From Schmidtea polychroa (Eukaryota): DNA of 64,000 bases. Positions 10,877-26,129 of the stretch are shown here, in pieces. The position numbers and the translations under genes are program-made. The notes under the pieces are model-generated. The model was given only the letters and a program-made list of their open reading frames with translations, was not told where the DNA came from and ran no database searches. The stretch's first letter is position 1, and every line of letters begins with the position of its first letter. The DNA lies in the NCBI GenBank assembly GCA_044892525.1, contig CM097885.1:78802001-78866000 (forward strand). The letters run 5' to 3'.

Positions 10877-12072
10877 TTTCTATAGTGGTGGTTGGGTGTA
10901 AAGCAATTGCTCACTCACCAATTTATTTACCAATTTATCATCAATCATTTACTGAATTGCTCATCATGAATGTATTTTGGAAATGTATTTTAGCCATTTT
11001 AGAAATGGTTTTCAGGTAAGATGTTTAGTTTTAAGTAAATTTTAAGGCTTGAATTTTGATCCATATAGATATGAGATCATTATTCAAGTTCTTAAATTTT
11101 ATTTTTAGTCAACAGTATAATTATTAATTATTTTTAATTAATTTTCAGGGTTTTTAGGAATTTTGACATTTATTTTTAAGTATTTTGAAATTATTTCGAA
11201 AAAATGTGAGTCAAATATATTTTTAATTATAATTAAATAAATAAATCAATCACCAAAAATATCTATTTTCTAAAAAATTTTGGGAAAAAACTCCGAATAT
11301 GAATAAAATGATTTTTTTTAATTTTTTTTCTGAGCTCAATATGAAGGGCTTCTTTCAGGAAATCAACGCTATCTTTTTTTATTCTAAAAATTGTCTAAAA
11401 TAAAGTTATTATAGAAACGTATCTCAGTGGTGCATTTCTATGAATGAACAGTTTGTGTTTTGCTTGTGTGCAGTTTTTAATTTTTCTTCCACTTTTCAGA
11501 TTTCTATAGTATAAGATGTATTTCACTGAACTATAAATGAGAACATCAACGTGAAATCAAAGTAAGTATCTATCTATAATGTAAGATTATTGATTTTTTT
11601 CTTAAATTATAGGAAACGGTTCTCAGTGATGTTTGGTGTATAGGAAACGTATCTCAGCGGTGTTTGGTGTAATAAACTACAACGTTATATCGTTGTGTAT
11701 GCCAGACTTTACAAATGGATGGTAATTATGTTCCATTATTGTAAATTTGTCGTCCATGATATTACATTGTACTAATCCTGAAAATGGTTGCATGATATAT
11801 CAAATATTTTGTCCATAATATCGCTATGAGTAGGATAAGTATTGTTAACTTCATACTAGCGGCGACACTAGGCCAGGATCTAAATGCTTTCTGGTTAATC
11901 CGGTACTGATTTCTTAGGATTATACAAGAATGTATAAATATAAATAATGTGCAAATTCAATTATCGATAAGATCAATAAAGCAAGCGAATATATTACTAA
12001 TTATCACTCAACAATAATAATGTCATTAAATCACACAAACATACACACACATAAACTAATTGGAAATCCGAT

Positions 12073-15000
12073 TCAAACCGACCACAATTTCTTAACCGCT
12101 TTTACAAATCCTACATCATTGTACTCAAAATAAAGGAATCCGGCGAATCCAATTGCTGAAATTACTTTCCAGGCATTCCTCAATATAGGCTGCAAATACG
12201 GCCCATATCTGCGCTCCATGACGTAATCTTTAAGGACACCATCCAAACCCCTGAATGTGACAGGTCAACAATTCAATATGTACCACAACATGAATTATAA
12301 TCGTTTGAGCACTTTGATATTTTTATATTATTTCCTTTTCAATTCATCACAAACATCATTTGATAAGTCCCAAAAATTAAATAGTCTTACTCATATGCAA
12401 TTAATTTTATTAAGTCAATATAAAATCTATATGAATGATTTTAAAAATAATATATATGTCGTAGGCAAATGATAATTTTAGGAAAATAACATTTGGCTAG
12501 GCAAATGCCATTTGCCTGGTCAAATAGCTTTAGCTATTATTTCATTTCCATTTGACTAGTAGAATAGCATTTGCCCAGGCAAAAGCCATTTGGCTAAATC
12601 TTTGTTGGGCAAATAATTCTAATGTTATTAATTTCGAGGTTATAAAGATACCCTTGTGAGTTGTTGAGCGTGAGCAGTACCCTTACGACAAATACCCATA
12701 GGGGGACAGAATATTTTGTCGGATAAACTCGGAGTATATATGTCGTAGGCAAATGGCAATTTTAGCCAAAAAGATACCTGTGTTGTGGAAATCTTATTAA
12801 TCGGAAAGCATTTGAAATCTATGAGCATTTTAAATTAATTGGCAACTCTTCTCCAGAGCAACATAGCCACACATTTACTGGAAGCGCAAGACAAGCTAAA
12901 AAAGATATTCCTTGCACAACATCTAATTTTAAGGAGAACAGGCTTTAGTTGATCCCGAGGCTGCTGAGAAATTTAAAACGGAGCTCCCAGATTTTTAATA
13001 CGGACGAGACAGCATTGTATCTCGGACCTACATTTCAACAGATGAAAGGCGGGCATCAGGGTTTAAAGTTTATAAACAGCGTATAATTCCTCACATGTGT
13101 AGCAATCTGTCAGGAAGTTTATTGATAAAACCCATAATCATACATTTTTTTCAAATCCCCGAGCTTTCAAAAATATTAAGATATCTCTGTTGCCTGTATG
13201 TTGGTGAGCTTGGTTGAGCGTGGGTGACTCAAAAATTATTTAAGGATTGGTTTTATAATAGCTTTATCACTCAAGTGGAAAGCTTTATGTTTGAAAAAAC
13301 CTTAGTTTTAAAGTTTAGTTGATTGTTGATAACGTCAGTAGTCATAGTAAGGAGCTGAATCACCCAAATGTGAAAACTCTTTATTTTCATCCTAATTGCA
13401 CTTTATTAATACAGCCGCTGGACCAAGGAATTATCCGAACTTTCAAAATGTATTAATTACGGAAATTTTTTGAAGCCATTAGAAAAACAGATTAGAAAAT
13501 CGAGAAAGTAAAACTCTTCTTGAAGTTTGGAAAGAATTTTCTATTTTAGATTGCACCCGAATTGTTTTAATAGCTTGTACAGAAATTAAACAGCCAACAC
13601 TTAATGCATATTGCAGGTCTTTGTTACATTAAATTGTTCAAAATGTAAATGATATTTCAGATTCACTAACATAAATAGTACAGAGATTGTTTTTACTTTT
13701 GGCAACGAAGGATTTGCAGATATACACATTGAAGATAGAGAAGACCTACTTCAGGAACAGAATTTAAATGATGAAGAATTGACAGAATTACTTAATTTAA
13801 TTACTTCAGTTATGATTTTAAAAAGAGGACTAGATTTGGTTAAAGAATTAGAACGCCAATTAACCCAAAATATCCCGTCAACCATACGCAGTGAAAACGT
13901 TAAAAAGAGAATTTCAAAATTGCTTGACTCCATATAAAGAGGTTTTGGAAGAACTACAAAATAAAACAACATTTTAAAACCAAGAAAATTTGAAAAGTGA
14001 GGAGGATTTTGTGCCAATTAGAAAAAAAAGTTAAACGGGTAATATTTAACGGTAATGATGAATAATAACACGATTTACAATGTAACATTTTAATTTTATG
14101 AATTATATGCAATAAATCTAGATAAAAATATCGAACTAAGTTATATATTCTTTGTCATTTTATAAAATTCATTCATGAACCTTATTAATCACAATATGAT
14201 AATGCATTTTGAGGCTGCAGTTTTTTATATAGGTTCATTTGTGTAGAATTTGTTTATTTCTCAGATTCCATACAACTCGGTACGAATTCATCCAATGTAT
14301 ATTAGTTCTCAGTTTCTTATTACGCGATGTAAGTTAATATGATTTGTCGTATTTCTATGTTTCTCATAACGCATATTTTTTATAATCTTTCTTATAACAC
14401 GGTACGAATTAATCGCGTTGTAGGAGAGTTGACAGTATCTAATAAATTATATAATAACCATTTGCTTTTAGTTTGTAAACAATAAAATGAGAATAGTCCG
14501 CTTCAATCATGTAATTTGTACCAATTATTATTACAAAATTTGGAGTTTTTGCAAAAACAAATTATTTATTTTAAAATTTTAAAACCCAAAGCACAAATCA
14601 AAAATCAATATTTTTCGAAACGTCTAGAAATTATAAAGATAAAATTTATTTTTTTATATCTTTTGCCATTTTAATAAATTTAAACATAATGATTTTGAAT
14701 TAATGCTTTAGGTTTAAAATTTTACATAAAAATAATTTGTCTTGACAAAATTTGCAAAAAAATCAATTTTNNNNNNNNNNNNNNNNNNNNNNNNNNNNNN
14801 NNNNNNNNNNNNNNNNNNNNNNNNNNNNNNNNNNNNNNNNNNNNNNNNNNNNNNNNNNNNNNNNNNNNNNNNNNNNNNNNNNNNNNNNNNNNNNNNNNNN
14901 NNNNNNNNNNNNNGATAAAAATAAATTATAATAAATAAAAAATAATAAAAATTTAATAAATAATTAAAAAAATATAAATAATAAAAATGATAATAAATTA

Positions 15001-15832
15001 TAAAAATAAGCTAATAAATAAATAATTATAAAATAATAATAATAAATAATATTAATAAAAAATAATAATTTTCCTGAAATCTTTATTGCTCACTTCAAAC
15101 TATTATTTAAAATATCACCTCGACATTTTCCTGATCCTGAAAAATCGATTATAATGCCTTAAGTGAGCCTTGCTCCACAATATCGACAAATTTCAACCAT
15201 GCCAATTCCAATTTTATTTTACTATAATTTTAATTGATAAAAACTATAATTGGAAAATATTAATCTATAATAATTCTTTCCCAGCTTCCTCTATATTGAT
15301 GTTGACATTTGCAATTAACATTAAGTCATATTAAAAGGTTCAAGACATTCCAAGTCTACTGGTTACCAGTAGATAAAAGATCCATACTGCTTATGATCAA
15401 AATGTACATCAGTTATTGTAAACTCTTTCACTTAAAATTAAGTTTAATTTAAAATACATTTTAATATTAATTAATTCCGAATTCAATTTGATATAACTTT
15501 AATTAATTACTCACCAAAATGCGTGTAATGAAACTGTCGTTACAACTAATAAACTCATAAATTGATTTTCCAGAACCCAAGCTGCTGGATAAATGGGTAG
15601 CATACTAATTGCTACTATTCTTTCAATTGTCCAGTGGGTATTCGCAGGCATAATTTTACCAGCAGTGGGAGCTTTATATTTGTTTTCATTATACATCATT
15701 AAACTAATAAATATTACCAGTTCCCAATTTTGTATTCGCAACAGTTGATGTAGAAATAACACGCGACGGTAACTTCGATAAGCTGGAAACTCCAGTTTTA
15801 TATATAAACTGATAAATTCGAATCTGATTCAT
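12073..15832 (-). CDS. SDHD: Succinate dehydrogenase cytochrome b small subunit, 149 aa; exons 15832-15718, 15671-15515, 12250-12073
   Basis: Spliced product ...HWTIERIVAISMLPIYPAAW...SLHAFW|GLDGVLKDYV...EYNDVGFVKAVKKLWSV*. GT-AG introns of 46 and 3264 nt with consistent phases; the phase-2 intron splits the Trp codon. An additional upstream exon cannot be excluded. Confidence 0.95.
12454..12770. repeat. Cluster of ggcaaat/atttgcc motifs with two copies of tatatgtcgtaggcaaatg; probable MITE remnant
   Basis: Direct copies near 12454 and 12737, with multiple inverted ggcaaat motifs between them. Confidence 0.5.
12820..14440 (+). mobile_element. Degenerate Tigger/pogo (TIGD-like) transposon in SDHD intron 2
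   Basis: Fragments AEKF...QIFNTDETALY and GNEGFADIHIEDREDLL..LNDEELTEL. Many stops. Boundaries approximate. Confidence 0.7.
14771..14913. other. Assembly gap
   Basis: Run of N. Confidence 1.
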
Positions 15833-18512
15833 TATATTGAAAGCTAAATATAAATAATATTTTCAGGTATAATGATAGAAAATGTTAGAATTATATTATT
15901 TTTAATTCAATATTAGATATTATTAATTGATTACCAGACGTGATTTATATTTACTGTCGAAAATTAAGAGTTCAATTGGACATTTGAAATACTTAAACAA
16001 AATATACGAAATAATAAAATGGGTTTTTATTTTTTTAATAATACAATTGTTGCGTAATTTTTAATATAAATTGTTACAATTATTGCAAATTAAATTTAAA
16101 TTTAAATTATAAAAATATCAAATAAATATAAGATCAAATTAAATATTACAGTTGAAACATTTTACTGAGCTTGAAATAATGAGATGAAATAAAACTCCAA
16201 ACTAAGAGTTTTGAACCTAAATAATTTGGTTAGGAAATCAGTGGGAATCATAAATTAGTAATTGCTCGATCACAATTTCAAGTCCAAAAGTTTAACAAAC
16301 ATGTAATGAATGCTGGGTTTATTGATAAGCTGATATTATTATAGTGATTAATGGACAGGTGATCTCTGTTTCCAAAAATATCACCCATTGTATTATTATC
16401 ACTTACAGATTTATGACTAGTGAAAAAGGATTTAAGTCACTTTTATTCTTTCACTCATAACTGTGATGATTAATCTTTTGTTGATTTATCTTTGTATAGT
16501 TTATTTTGTTGGATATGTTAAGGTTGGGCCAACAGGGATTGACATAGGATAATAAGAATTAATAAATAGATATAATTGGTTGTTTTTAATTACAAAAATA
16601 GCATATGATTAATAATAATAATATACGAAACACTAAAAATAACAACAATCTAACTATAGTAATTATATAAAAATGGAAGTATATTTATATTAATTATATA
16701 TCAAAAATAGTAATTTATAATTACTAAAAATATAAATAAATTTTATTTAATATAAATAAAAGTGTTAATTTAGTGTTGAGAGAACATAAATAATACGAGA
16801 GTTATTTAGGTAAATTCTTGTATAAATTAAATAGTTTGGAGACTAGGTTCAAATTAGATTATAAATTTGAAAACACTTTGCGAGTAGAGCAGAAACAAAA
16901 ATAACGTGTGAAATCAATCTAGACGATATTAAAGAAAAGGATATCAAATGAAAATTATTAATACAATTGCAAGCTTCTTAGACAATTAATCAGATGAAAG
17001 TGATAACCAATTTTTAAGTTACTATACCTCATTTCATTAAATTAGAAATTTTAATAAACAGAAAGTGGTTCTCGTATTTTATTTGTGTAAATCACTTGCA
17101 ACAATTTATTAGAATTTGTTATTCAGAGAGATTTAGTGCGCAAAGGTTTTTCTGGGATTAGTTTTCCGAAAGCTATTTATAAATTTCAGAGTGTAAGATA
17201 TTAAGAAATATTGGTAGCAATCAATCACGTAAATTTCGGGAATCCCTTTTCTCTTTCCTTTCACTTTAGAGCGAAGTTGTAGATAAATTAAAATCCGGTT
17301 CTTGCGAATTTAAAACTATTTGATGATGATTGAATAAAACCGATTTCTTTTCTAAAAGAATTTTCGGTACATTTTTGGTTTGTAATTTGTTTTATTTTAT
17401 TGCAAAAATTGGAAATGATTCTGTAAATCATATTTATTATATATTATATATTACTATATTAAGTAAACAGAAAACGAGTTGAATTAGTTATTTACTTGGA
17501 GTTTCTTTGGAGTCAGATAATGCAAACTGTTAAAGCGTTAACCTAGCTAACGAACTTAAAAAATACTAATTAATGTCCTTTACTTTCAATAACTTGAGCA
17601 GCAATTTGATTCTAGAAATTTTGCACAGCGTTCTACTTTAGTAACTGACATTTTGACACACTTTTCGAATTTTAAAATTTTTTTTTAAAATTTTGGGCTA
17701 CGTTATTTTCGTGTTTTATGTTTTACATATTTGTATAAATTAGAATGTTAATCAATTTCATTTACTTTATTATTTTCATTTATATTGAAACCTTTCTTTT
17801 CTAGAAGTAATCAACAATAATATTTTCTTTGACTGCTTTTATTTTAACCGAGCCATTCCAGAATCTCCAGCTGACCTCATTGGTCAACCTATTAAATATT
17901 AGGCGATTCGCATTCAAGATTTGCACAAAGATTAGTGGGCGGTTAGCCAGACCTATGGCTTAGCCGGTGATTCTCGAATGGCTCAGTGAAAAAGCCGAAT
18001 TGGAACCGGGACTTATTAAGTCTTGACTAGAACTGTTCATCATTCTAATTTCTTCTCAGAATATTTGAATCGCTGAAAACGTATCTAATCTGGAATTATT
18101 TTACTAATAATAAAAGAAAGATAAAAGCATAAAAGTTTTTTTATCAAAACTTACAATATGTAACCTTCCCGATTAAAAATTGAAAAAATGATCGTATATG
18201 TAAAAATTAATTTAAATTAATTTAAAGTACATAAATTAAAATAAAATAAATCAAGCAATTATTTCAAAACAATTAAATGAAAATTAATTATAGTCAAAAC
18301 CTTATAAAAACTATAAAAATTTATATATTAATTCATTTCGTTTTAATTGATCAGTAAACATGTATTTCTTTACAATTATTTTAAGAATTATAATGGTTCA
18401 TTATTTTGAAATAATTTTCAAAATTTTTAATATATTTTCGAATTTATTTGATTTGTTCATAATTAATATTAAACATAATTAAGATTAAAAATTGAAATTT
18501 AATTTATTTTAG

Positions 18513-19066
18513 ATAGTTTAAAATTTGTGATAATGGCGAATTCTCACAAAATTAGCATCCTTGAAAAAGTCAATCAAATGTTTGTCTGTTCAATTTGTTG
18601 TGATAATAAATCCGGATCCAATCCCAAACCATTTGCCACTTCCAACCCTTCATTGTTTCTTGAGCACCAACGTTGTTGCCATCCATCAATCAATGAATTC
18701 GAGTGTGTTTATTGCTGTAGTCATTTGCCAAGTGTCAATTTAATGCAACACATCCAAAACCATTTTACTGATTCGGTCAATCCTCGATATGTTTGTCCTC
18801 ATTGCTACTTACGAATAAAAATCAATATCAACAGCACGATTGATCACATGGAAACCGACCATTCAGACATTCCATTCGATTGTCCTCATTGTAGAAATCA
18901 GTTTTCAGATCGAGCAGATTTGCTAACGCATTTCAAAAAACATTTTCTGTATATTTTCCATTGTTCCTTCGAGAATTGTTTCGTCAAAAGTCATAACATG
19001 ATTGGAGTGTTGACACACTTGAAACGGATGCATAACGGATCTCGATGCATGAAAGTGGAATGTCTG
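18513..19066 (+). CDS. Exon encoding about five C2H2 zinc fingers; rest of gene not resolved
   Basis: CVYC..HIQNH, CPHC..HMETDH, CPHC..HFKKH, CSFENC..HLKRMH. Acceptor ttttag at 18512, donor GTAAGA at 19067. Confidence 0.85.
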
Positions 19067-19379
19067 GTAAGAGAAATTTATTTTTATTTCAAATGAATTT
19101 TTTAATAAATAATTTCGTAATTTTATTTAGTTATTTAAATTGAAATAATTTTTAACTTATAAAATTTCTTATATAATCATAATTAGTGATTTTGGAATTG
19201 CATTATTTTCCTAACTATGAATCTTTTTCATTCCAAAACATAGAATTATATTATATTCTACAATCACACTGATAACTTTACCTATGGAGTTGAGATTCTT
19301 ATTCTATTAGTCTATTTATGCATCAATGGCATGATACTCATACGATTTTATTAAAAAATTTAATAGGAATCATTATAAA

Positions 19380-20180
19380 TTTTTTTAATTGAAAATATTA
19401 TTAAAATATTATTATTATTAATTATTATTTTTGTTTATTATTTTATTTGTTATTATTATATTTTTTTAAATATATTATTATTTTTATTTATTATATTCAG
19501 TATTATTATTATTATAAGAACTATTTTCAATTTTCACCACTGATTTCTTTTCAATTAACATTGTATTTATTATTATATATATTTTTTAATATTATTATTA
19601 TTATTTTTATTATTATTATTTTATTAATTATTATTATTTTATTAATTATTATTTTTATTATTATTATTATTATTATTATTTTATATTTTTATTATTATTT
19701 GACATTATATTTATTAAAAAATTTAATAGGTATATAATTTTTTAATTGAAAATATTAATTTTATTATTATTAATTATTATTTTTGTTTATTATATTATTT
19801 GTTATTATTATATTTTTTTAAATATTATTATTATTTTATTTATTATATTCAATATTATTATTATTATTTTAAGAACTTTTTTCAATTTTCACCAATGATT
19901 TCTTTTCAATTAACATTGTATTTATTATTATATATATTTTTTAATATTATNNNNNNNNNNNNNNNNNNNNNNNNNNNNNNNNNNNNNNNNNNNNNNNNNN
20001 NNNNNNNNNNNNNNNNNNNNNNNNNNNNNNNNNNNNNNNNNNNNNNNNNNNNNNNNNNNNNNNNNNNNNNNNNNNNNNNNNNNNNNNNNNNNNNNNNNNN
20101 NNNNNNNNNNNNNNNNNNNNNNNNNNNNNNTATTATTATATTATTTGTATTATATTTTTAAATATTATTATTGTTGTTAT
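19380..20180. repeat. Tandem duplication of a ~350-bp low-complexity AT-rich unit running into a gap (N at 19951-20130)
   Basis: ttttttaattgaaaatatta...ttcacca(c/a)tgatttcttttcaattaacattgtatt occurs twice. Confidence 0.8.
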
Positions 20181-23100
20181 TAATAATTGTCACATTTTGA
20201 CTGAAATTTTACTGTCCGTGATATACTGATCCCCTGCCTCCCCCTTGCACCCCGCTATTCATTGCACCCTCCCTTTATGGATAATCTTCACTGGGCTCCT
20301 TTCAATACAAACCGTTGCCTTGAAAGTACAAGACTACCTTTTTTAAATCTCTTCGCAAAAATCATATTTTCGGTATATATTGATTAAATCATGTGAGAGC
20401 TATTAGAAAAAACTCATGAAAATTACGGATGTAATATCAAATACAATAGAGGTCGGTAAGTAACCCAATAACTGTTGCTAACCTGACATGTAGCGGATGG
20501 AGACTACTATTTACCATTCAATATGAAAGAGATATTCTTGCTTTATCATTGATTGTGAAATTATAACGAAGTGTGATAATTCCTTATCAAATGAATGTGC
20601 ACAATTCTATGTTGAACTCAACTCATCATTTAGATAAGGATTAGTGACAAACTGTTGAATACCGAGAATGTCTCGGATATCTCTATCTGAAATCATGTGT
20701 CTGCCAATATCAATATCCATTCAATTATTAATTATAAATCACTCGATTTTCCAATCACCTACATATACAAATCAATACCGTATTGTTTTTAGGAGAGACA
20801 AACAAATCGGCAAAATGATTTCATAGTGGAAATTTGCACTTATATATTCCACCCATTCAGATTGAATAGGAATTTATGCATGAAATATGAAATAGTCTGT
20901 TCGGACCAATCTATTTTCTGATTGGTAAATTGACATGCGCGCGTCCACAAACAGTTGTTGTTAATACAGACTACTAAGCGTTAATGTTTACTTGCATCTA
21001 TTAATAAATATAAATAGAATTTTTGTAATGGTTACGTGATGAAACATTGGGTTTTGATGAGAAAAAATATATAAATGGGAGGGAAAAAAATAGGAAAATA
21101 TTACAGAAATCGAGAATTTTTGATATTAAATGGCAAAAAATCGATAAAAAATTGAGGTTATCCTTAAGTTTGGAATCAATCTGTTGTCATCTGTTGTTTT
21201 TCATCAACGGAGTGAAAGGAAAATTAACAATATTTTTTCTGATAGAAAAATACATGGAGAAAAAAATTGGAATAATTTCAGCAAGAACAAACACCAATGA
21301 AAAATTGGAATTTAGATTCAAAGTAAAACAAAATAAAACCCCAAGCATTTCATCAGTATAAAATGAGAAAGTAATTGAAAGGGAATTAATTAACTGAAAG
21401 TGTAATGTTACTGTTATAGCTTGAGAAATAAGTTTTCATAATTTCCAGAGCGCTCAATATCATTAGTTAAAATTAGACTTTTAAACCATCACTCATAATG
21501 CCTAAATATGTTTAAAAAATGTTTCCTGCATGTTATTGGGTTTTTATAAGGAATAGTCAATCAATTGCTACTCAACAAATTACAACACCCCCCAGCATAT
21601 ATTAATAATCAAATTGATTATTACAGTTACAAATGTATTACAATTTTGCGTACTCTGCAACAATCAACATCTTTTATGAAATATCCTCCAAACACTTTTT
21701 AAATCTTTCTGTTGATTAGTTTCCTATTACAAATTTTATCATCTATTTATTCTCGCTTTTTCTAACTTCTGATTTTCTTTCCCTTTTTATACTGAAATAA
21801 TTCCTATGATTATTGGCTTTCTATTGAAATATTCTGACAATCTTCTAATAATTCCTTAGGCTGCAAACTGGATATAAAAATGTTAGTTAATTGCTCTCTA
21901 GGTTTCCCTAATTTTATGTCCCAATTATAATTAATCATGTATTAGTGACTATGGGTCTCAAAAATCGAGTTTCTTTACTTTCCCATTCGTATAACTATTT
22001 GTTTTTCTAAATAATCAATTAACAATTTTCGGTTTTTTACATATTTCAACAATTTCATTTTCTGATTTCATAATTTATTCATTCTTTAATTCATTTTTCA
22101 AATTTAAATTCGAATAATTAATTATTTATTGATTTTCTGTATATTAAAATTTTGTTGCTTTGCATACTTAATTATGACCGTAATCGCAATGTTTTTTATT
22201 GATATATTTCTTGATCACATGTTCTTATTTTTTATATCCGGTGTCAAATCAGTAACCAACGATTATTGCCAATTATTGGTATTACATTGTTAACTATATT
22301 TCATCAGTATAAAATACTATTCTAAATAGCAGGTAATAAAGCTCAAATGATTAATATAAAACTTTAAAAAGTAACGAGATCTAAAACATCAATGCCCACC
22401 GAATATCTTTCGTATAAACGAAGGTCAGATACTCAGAAATATATTGCAGTTGTCACATAAAATCCAAGAAATCATTTCCAATCATGTCAAATGCATTACT
22501 TTTCTCTAAGACGAAATCCTTTCATTCTTAATTTACATTTCATTCACATCATATACAACTTTCTGTCGGCCTCTATCCGTCCATATAATACTACTTCCTT
22601 GTATATCAAACAAAAACTATTTTCTTTTCCTTGAAGTTTCAGTAAATATAAAGACAACAAAGCCTAAATTTTTTCTTAATTAAGAAAAGTAAAATAAAGT
22701 TTTGACCAGAATGATCTTTAATGGTGACCAAGCTGAAAAACAGTGACGAAATAACTTACATATGATTTACAATTTATTTGTTGTCTTCTGATTTCTTTTT
22801 CTATTTTTATTACCAATCACGTAACATACATTGTCATAAAATACTGGCCACTGATACAGATTCTGAGTGGGTGATTGGTAGCAAACTTAAAGATGATAAT
22901 AATGTTGTTGCTGGTGATGACAATATCAAATTGAGAGAGAATGTATTGCGCACATATTTTTATCAGTCTTGTTGTTTATCTCTCTCGCTTCGCTTAGTTA
23001 TTTCTCAATGTTAATGTTGCTCACCTTCATTAACATAGATTTATTTATCTCATTTGCTGCGCGCATTTCCAGGCCTTTGTATACTAAATTTAACAATTAA

Positions 23101-26100
23101 AATCCACGTAGACAATCAAACATTAGTATTCTAGATAAAACAAATAAAGCAAGCGACATAAATATGAAAACCAAAGGATTGTCGACTGATGTACGCCGTA
23201 AAAAAGGCAAACGAAGTTCTACAATTTTGGTAAGAAACGAATGTTTAGCAATCAACATTTTAAAATGAAATCTAGTGAAATCCCTAATCAGATTGTCTGT
23301 TGACTTTGTTGAAATATTTTAACTCCTTTATCCAATAATAAAATATAATAATTTTCTTGGTGGAATTTCTTAGAGATTTTGAAAAATAATTTTGAATAGT
23401 TTTTTTTATTTAAAAAAATTTAAAATTTTCCTATATTATTTCAAACCAAATTTATATTCAATGAAAACCTTGCAAATATATAGATTTCAAAAGGATTATT
23501 TAATAATAGAAAATTCTCAGTTAATAAATACTGCTTATTGATTATTTATAATTTATTGATTATTTAATATTTAATTTATGATGTTACCAAGAAACTATCT
23601 TTTTCGAATAATAATTATCAGTAGAATCTTTTCTATTCTTCATCACAACTTTCTTTTCATTAACACTTGAGCGAATGTTAAATATAAAACAAATATTGAT
23701 CGACAATCTAAAAAGTAATGATATTAATATTAGGATTATTTTACTCGAAATTTTTCTTTTAATAAAGTTTCCATCAACAACTTACAACTTTTTTGATAAT
23801 TTACATTTACAATACACTGCTGCCAAGAACCCACCAATGCGTAATAATAATAGCAATAATGATAAAACTTATCCAGATTTATCTTGCACTTAAAAACCTA
23901 TTGTCGAGATATTTTAACATTGTATATCAGTCGATATGTTAATTCTATAGCTTCATAATTTCTTGGCCAAATTTGATGATCCGTGACTAGCCTGCTACGT
24001 ACTAAATTCTACAGTCTGGTGATGAAGATAAAGATACAGCCCACACTCATTTACTTGAGTTTCGGTGTTCTTTTTTATGTGTTCTGATATTTAAGTGAAT
24101 AAGAATGTAAATACAAGCACTGACTGAGAGAGAGCAGCCATTTTAATATGATTGATGATACAAAAATTTGCTATAAGATTACTAGAGTAAGAGAAAAATA
24201 AACGTCAATGATGTTGAATTTTATTGTGTTGCTTTGAATTAGATTGATGCTTCCTTCATATCTATCTGAGTAAGTAAATACTGCAGTTGAGCACAGCATT
24301 ATAATACTACCACTAGCATTAGATTCATTCGCACATTTTCGTCTTTTATTTGTAATTTTAAAATAATCACCTTTAATAACCGCTGGAATATTTCGATAAA
24401 AGTTGATCAGTTTACATTGAGTATGAAAATGTCTAGATTTTAACTTGAACATATGAATATAAAAATCAGTAGTTTTTGTGTAAATGTGACACGTGTAATC
24501 ATTGCTGACATAAAACCCGGGAACTGTGATAATATAACTTGTACCGATAAGAACTAATAGATCATGCAAGTACGTAAGTCTTGGGCAGTTGTTGGGTTTA
24601 TTATAGGGTTTCCCACTGAATTTGATCACGTGTTTCAATTAAATTAATCCATATATTTAAATACTAAAGATCATCGAATATATTGGATTTAAATATAGTG
24701 ATTATTTTATTTTAAATACTTGATCAAGTAATTTCGAAATTTGATTTATAATTTCGTACTAATTCCACAATTGATAAATCTTTCATAAGGCTTTTTGCTC
24801 TTTTAATTCTTTCTTTTATTATAATTTCCTAAAATTTAGACTTTCTTTTCCTTCTTTTCTTATAATTTATACCTGGATTTATAGAAACTTTTTTGATCAC
24901 TAATTTATTACGTTGTCATACTGAATCGTTTTACTTTATCTAAATTTGATAATAATGAAATCTGACAATAATACAGATCCACAAACTTCCATTGGACAAA
25001 ACAATGGTTACCAAAAACAATTTTTTATCCAATTACAAAGATTTAAATTTATAACAACTTTTTAATTAATTAAATGATGAAAATAACATTGTAATTGTTT
25101 AATTTTTAAAAAGTGCTACTGAAACATACGTTTTACGATATATTTAAATAGTTTTTCTGTTATCATTAGGTAGGATAGAAAAACCTATAGATATTTAATA
25201 AAAAAATTACAAAATTAATACTAACATTTTTAATTTTAATTAATTAGCTTTATTGATCTACGAATACGTAAATTTAACATTTCATTTATTTTCATTACGA
25301 TTATAAATCAATTTGTGTTACATATGGGAAAATGAGATATCACTGTAATAAAAATTAATGAAGACAAACGCAGATATAAAGTGTACAGAAAAGTATAAGA
25401 TTCTTAAATTAATTATTTTCTCATGTGTTACCCCAAGAAGTTTACAACATTCAGTAATAAAAATTCTCAACAGTTTTTCCCCAACGACGAATTATCTTCG
25501 ACCAAAATAGAATTTCAGATTTTCTTTTTTTCATCTCAAAACATACGATATCCTTTTTGTCATTGTATCCTACAATGACTCTGATAGCTTTATATAGGGA
25601 GTTGAGATTCTTATACTTGTCTATTTATGCATCATTAACATAATATAATACATTCTTATACGATTTGAATTGACTCACTAAATCTTAGGTATATTTCTTA
25701 TTTTACATCGAATATTGAGTCACTAATCAGCAAATTTTTGCTCATAAAATATCTCATGTACATCACATCAATTGCAATTGACAAATTGCAATGACCAATT
25801 CCTAATTCATTCAACATTCTCATAAGATAACCTTTGGATCATTTAGAGATCTGATATTGAATCAAACTCAATATATTCATTGTAATGATTTGAGTTGAAA
25901 AATGTATCAGATCAATTTTGTGATGAGAGAGATCATTCAATTTATCATTATTAAATATTTCAATCACCGGATATTAGTTGTTGCTGAAAATCAGTCTCAG
26001 CAATTGTGATTCATTCATTTGAGATTGATTTATGTTTGTAATTCTATATAAAGGCCGCATTGTACAATAATTAATTGGGTTCAGATAACATGTACTGAAA

Positions 26101-26129
26101 GGATTTCATTCAAATCTCAATGCAATTGT

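Larger units (their letters stand above)
1914..10880 (-). mobile_element. Ty3/gypsy LTR retrotransposon, 5'-truncated and decayed, with extra ORFs
   Basis: Domain order gag remnant, PR, RT, RH, INT is diagnostic of Ty3/gypsy. PPT and 3' LTR present; no 5' LTR or PBS found. 5' limit approximate. Confidence 0.92.

Noticed and set aside
1837-14318. 78-bp direct repeats as LTRs or TSD of one 12.5-kb element
   Set aside because: No TG..CA ends, PBS or PPT at those positions. The interval includes a host exon, and the second copy is part of the Tigger relic.
15130-15440. Candidate nearby last exon for SDHD (GSWERIIID*)
   Set aside because: It contains stops; the true exon at 12250-12073 matches phase and family motifs.
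19447-20161. Ile/Tyr-rich ORFs
   Set aside because: Translations of (ATT)n low-complexity sequence and an N gap.
24018-24160. Possible short solo LTR (TG...CA)
   Set aside because: No TSD, PBS, PPT or second copy seen.
24171-24638. 155-aa minus-strand ORF
   Set aside because: No motif, clear splice signals or recognisable homology.
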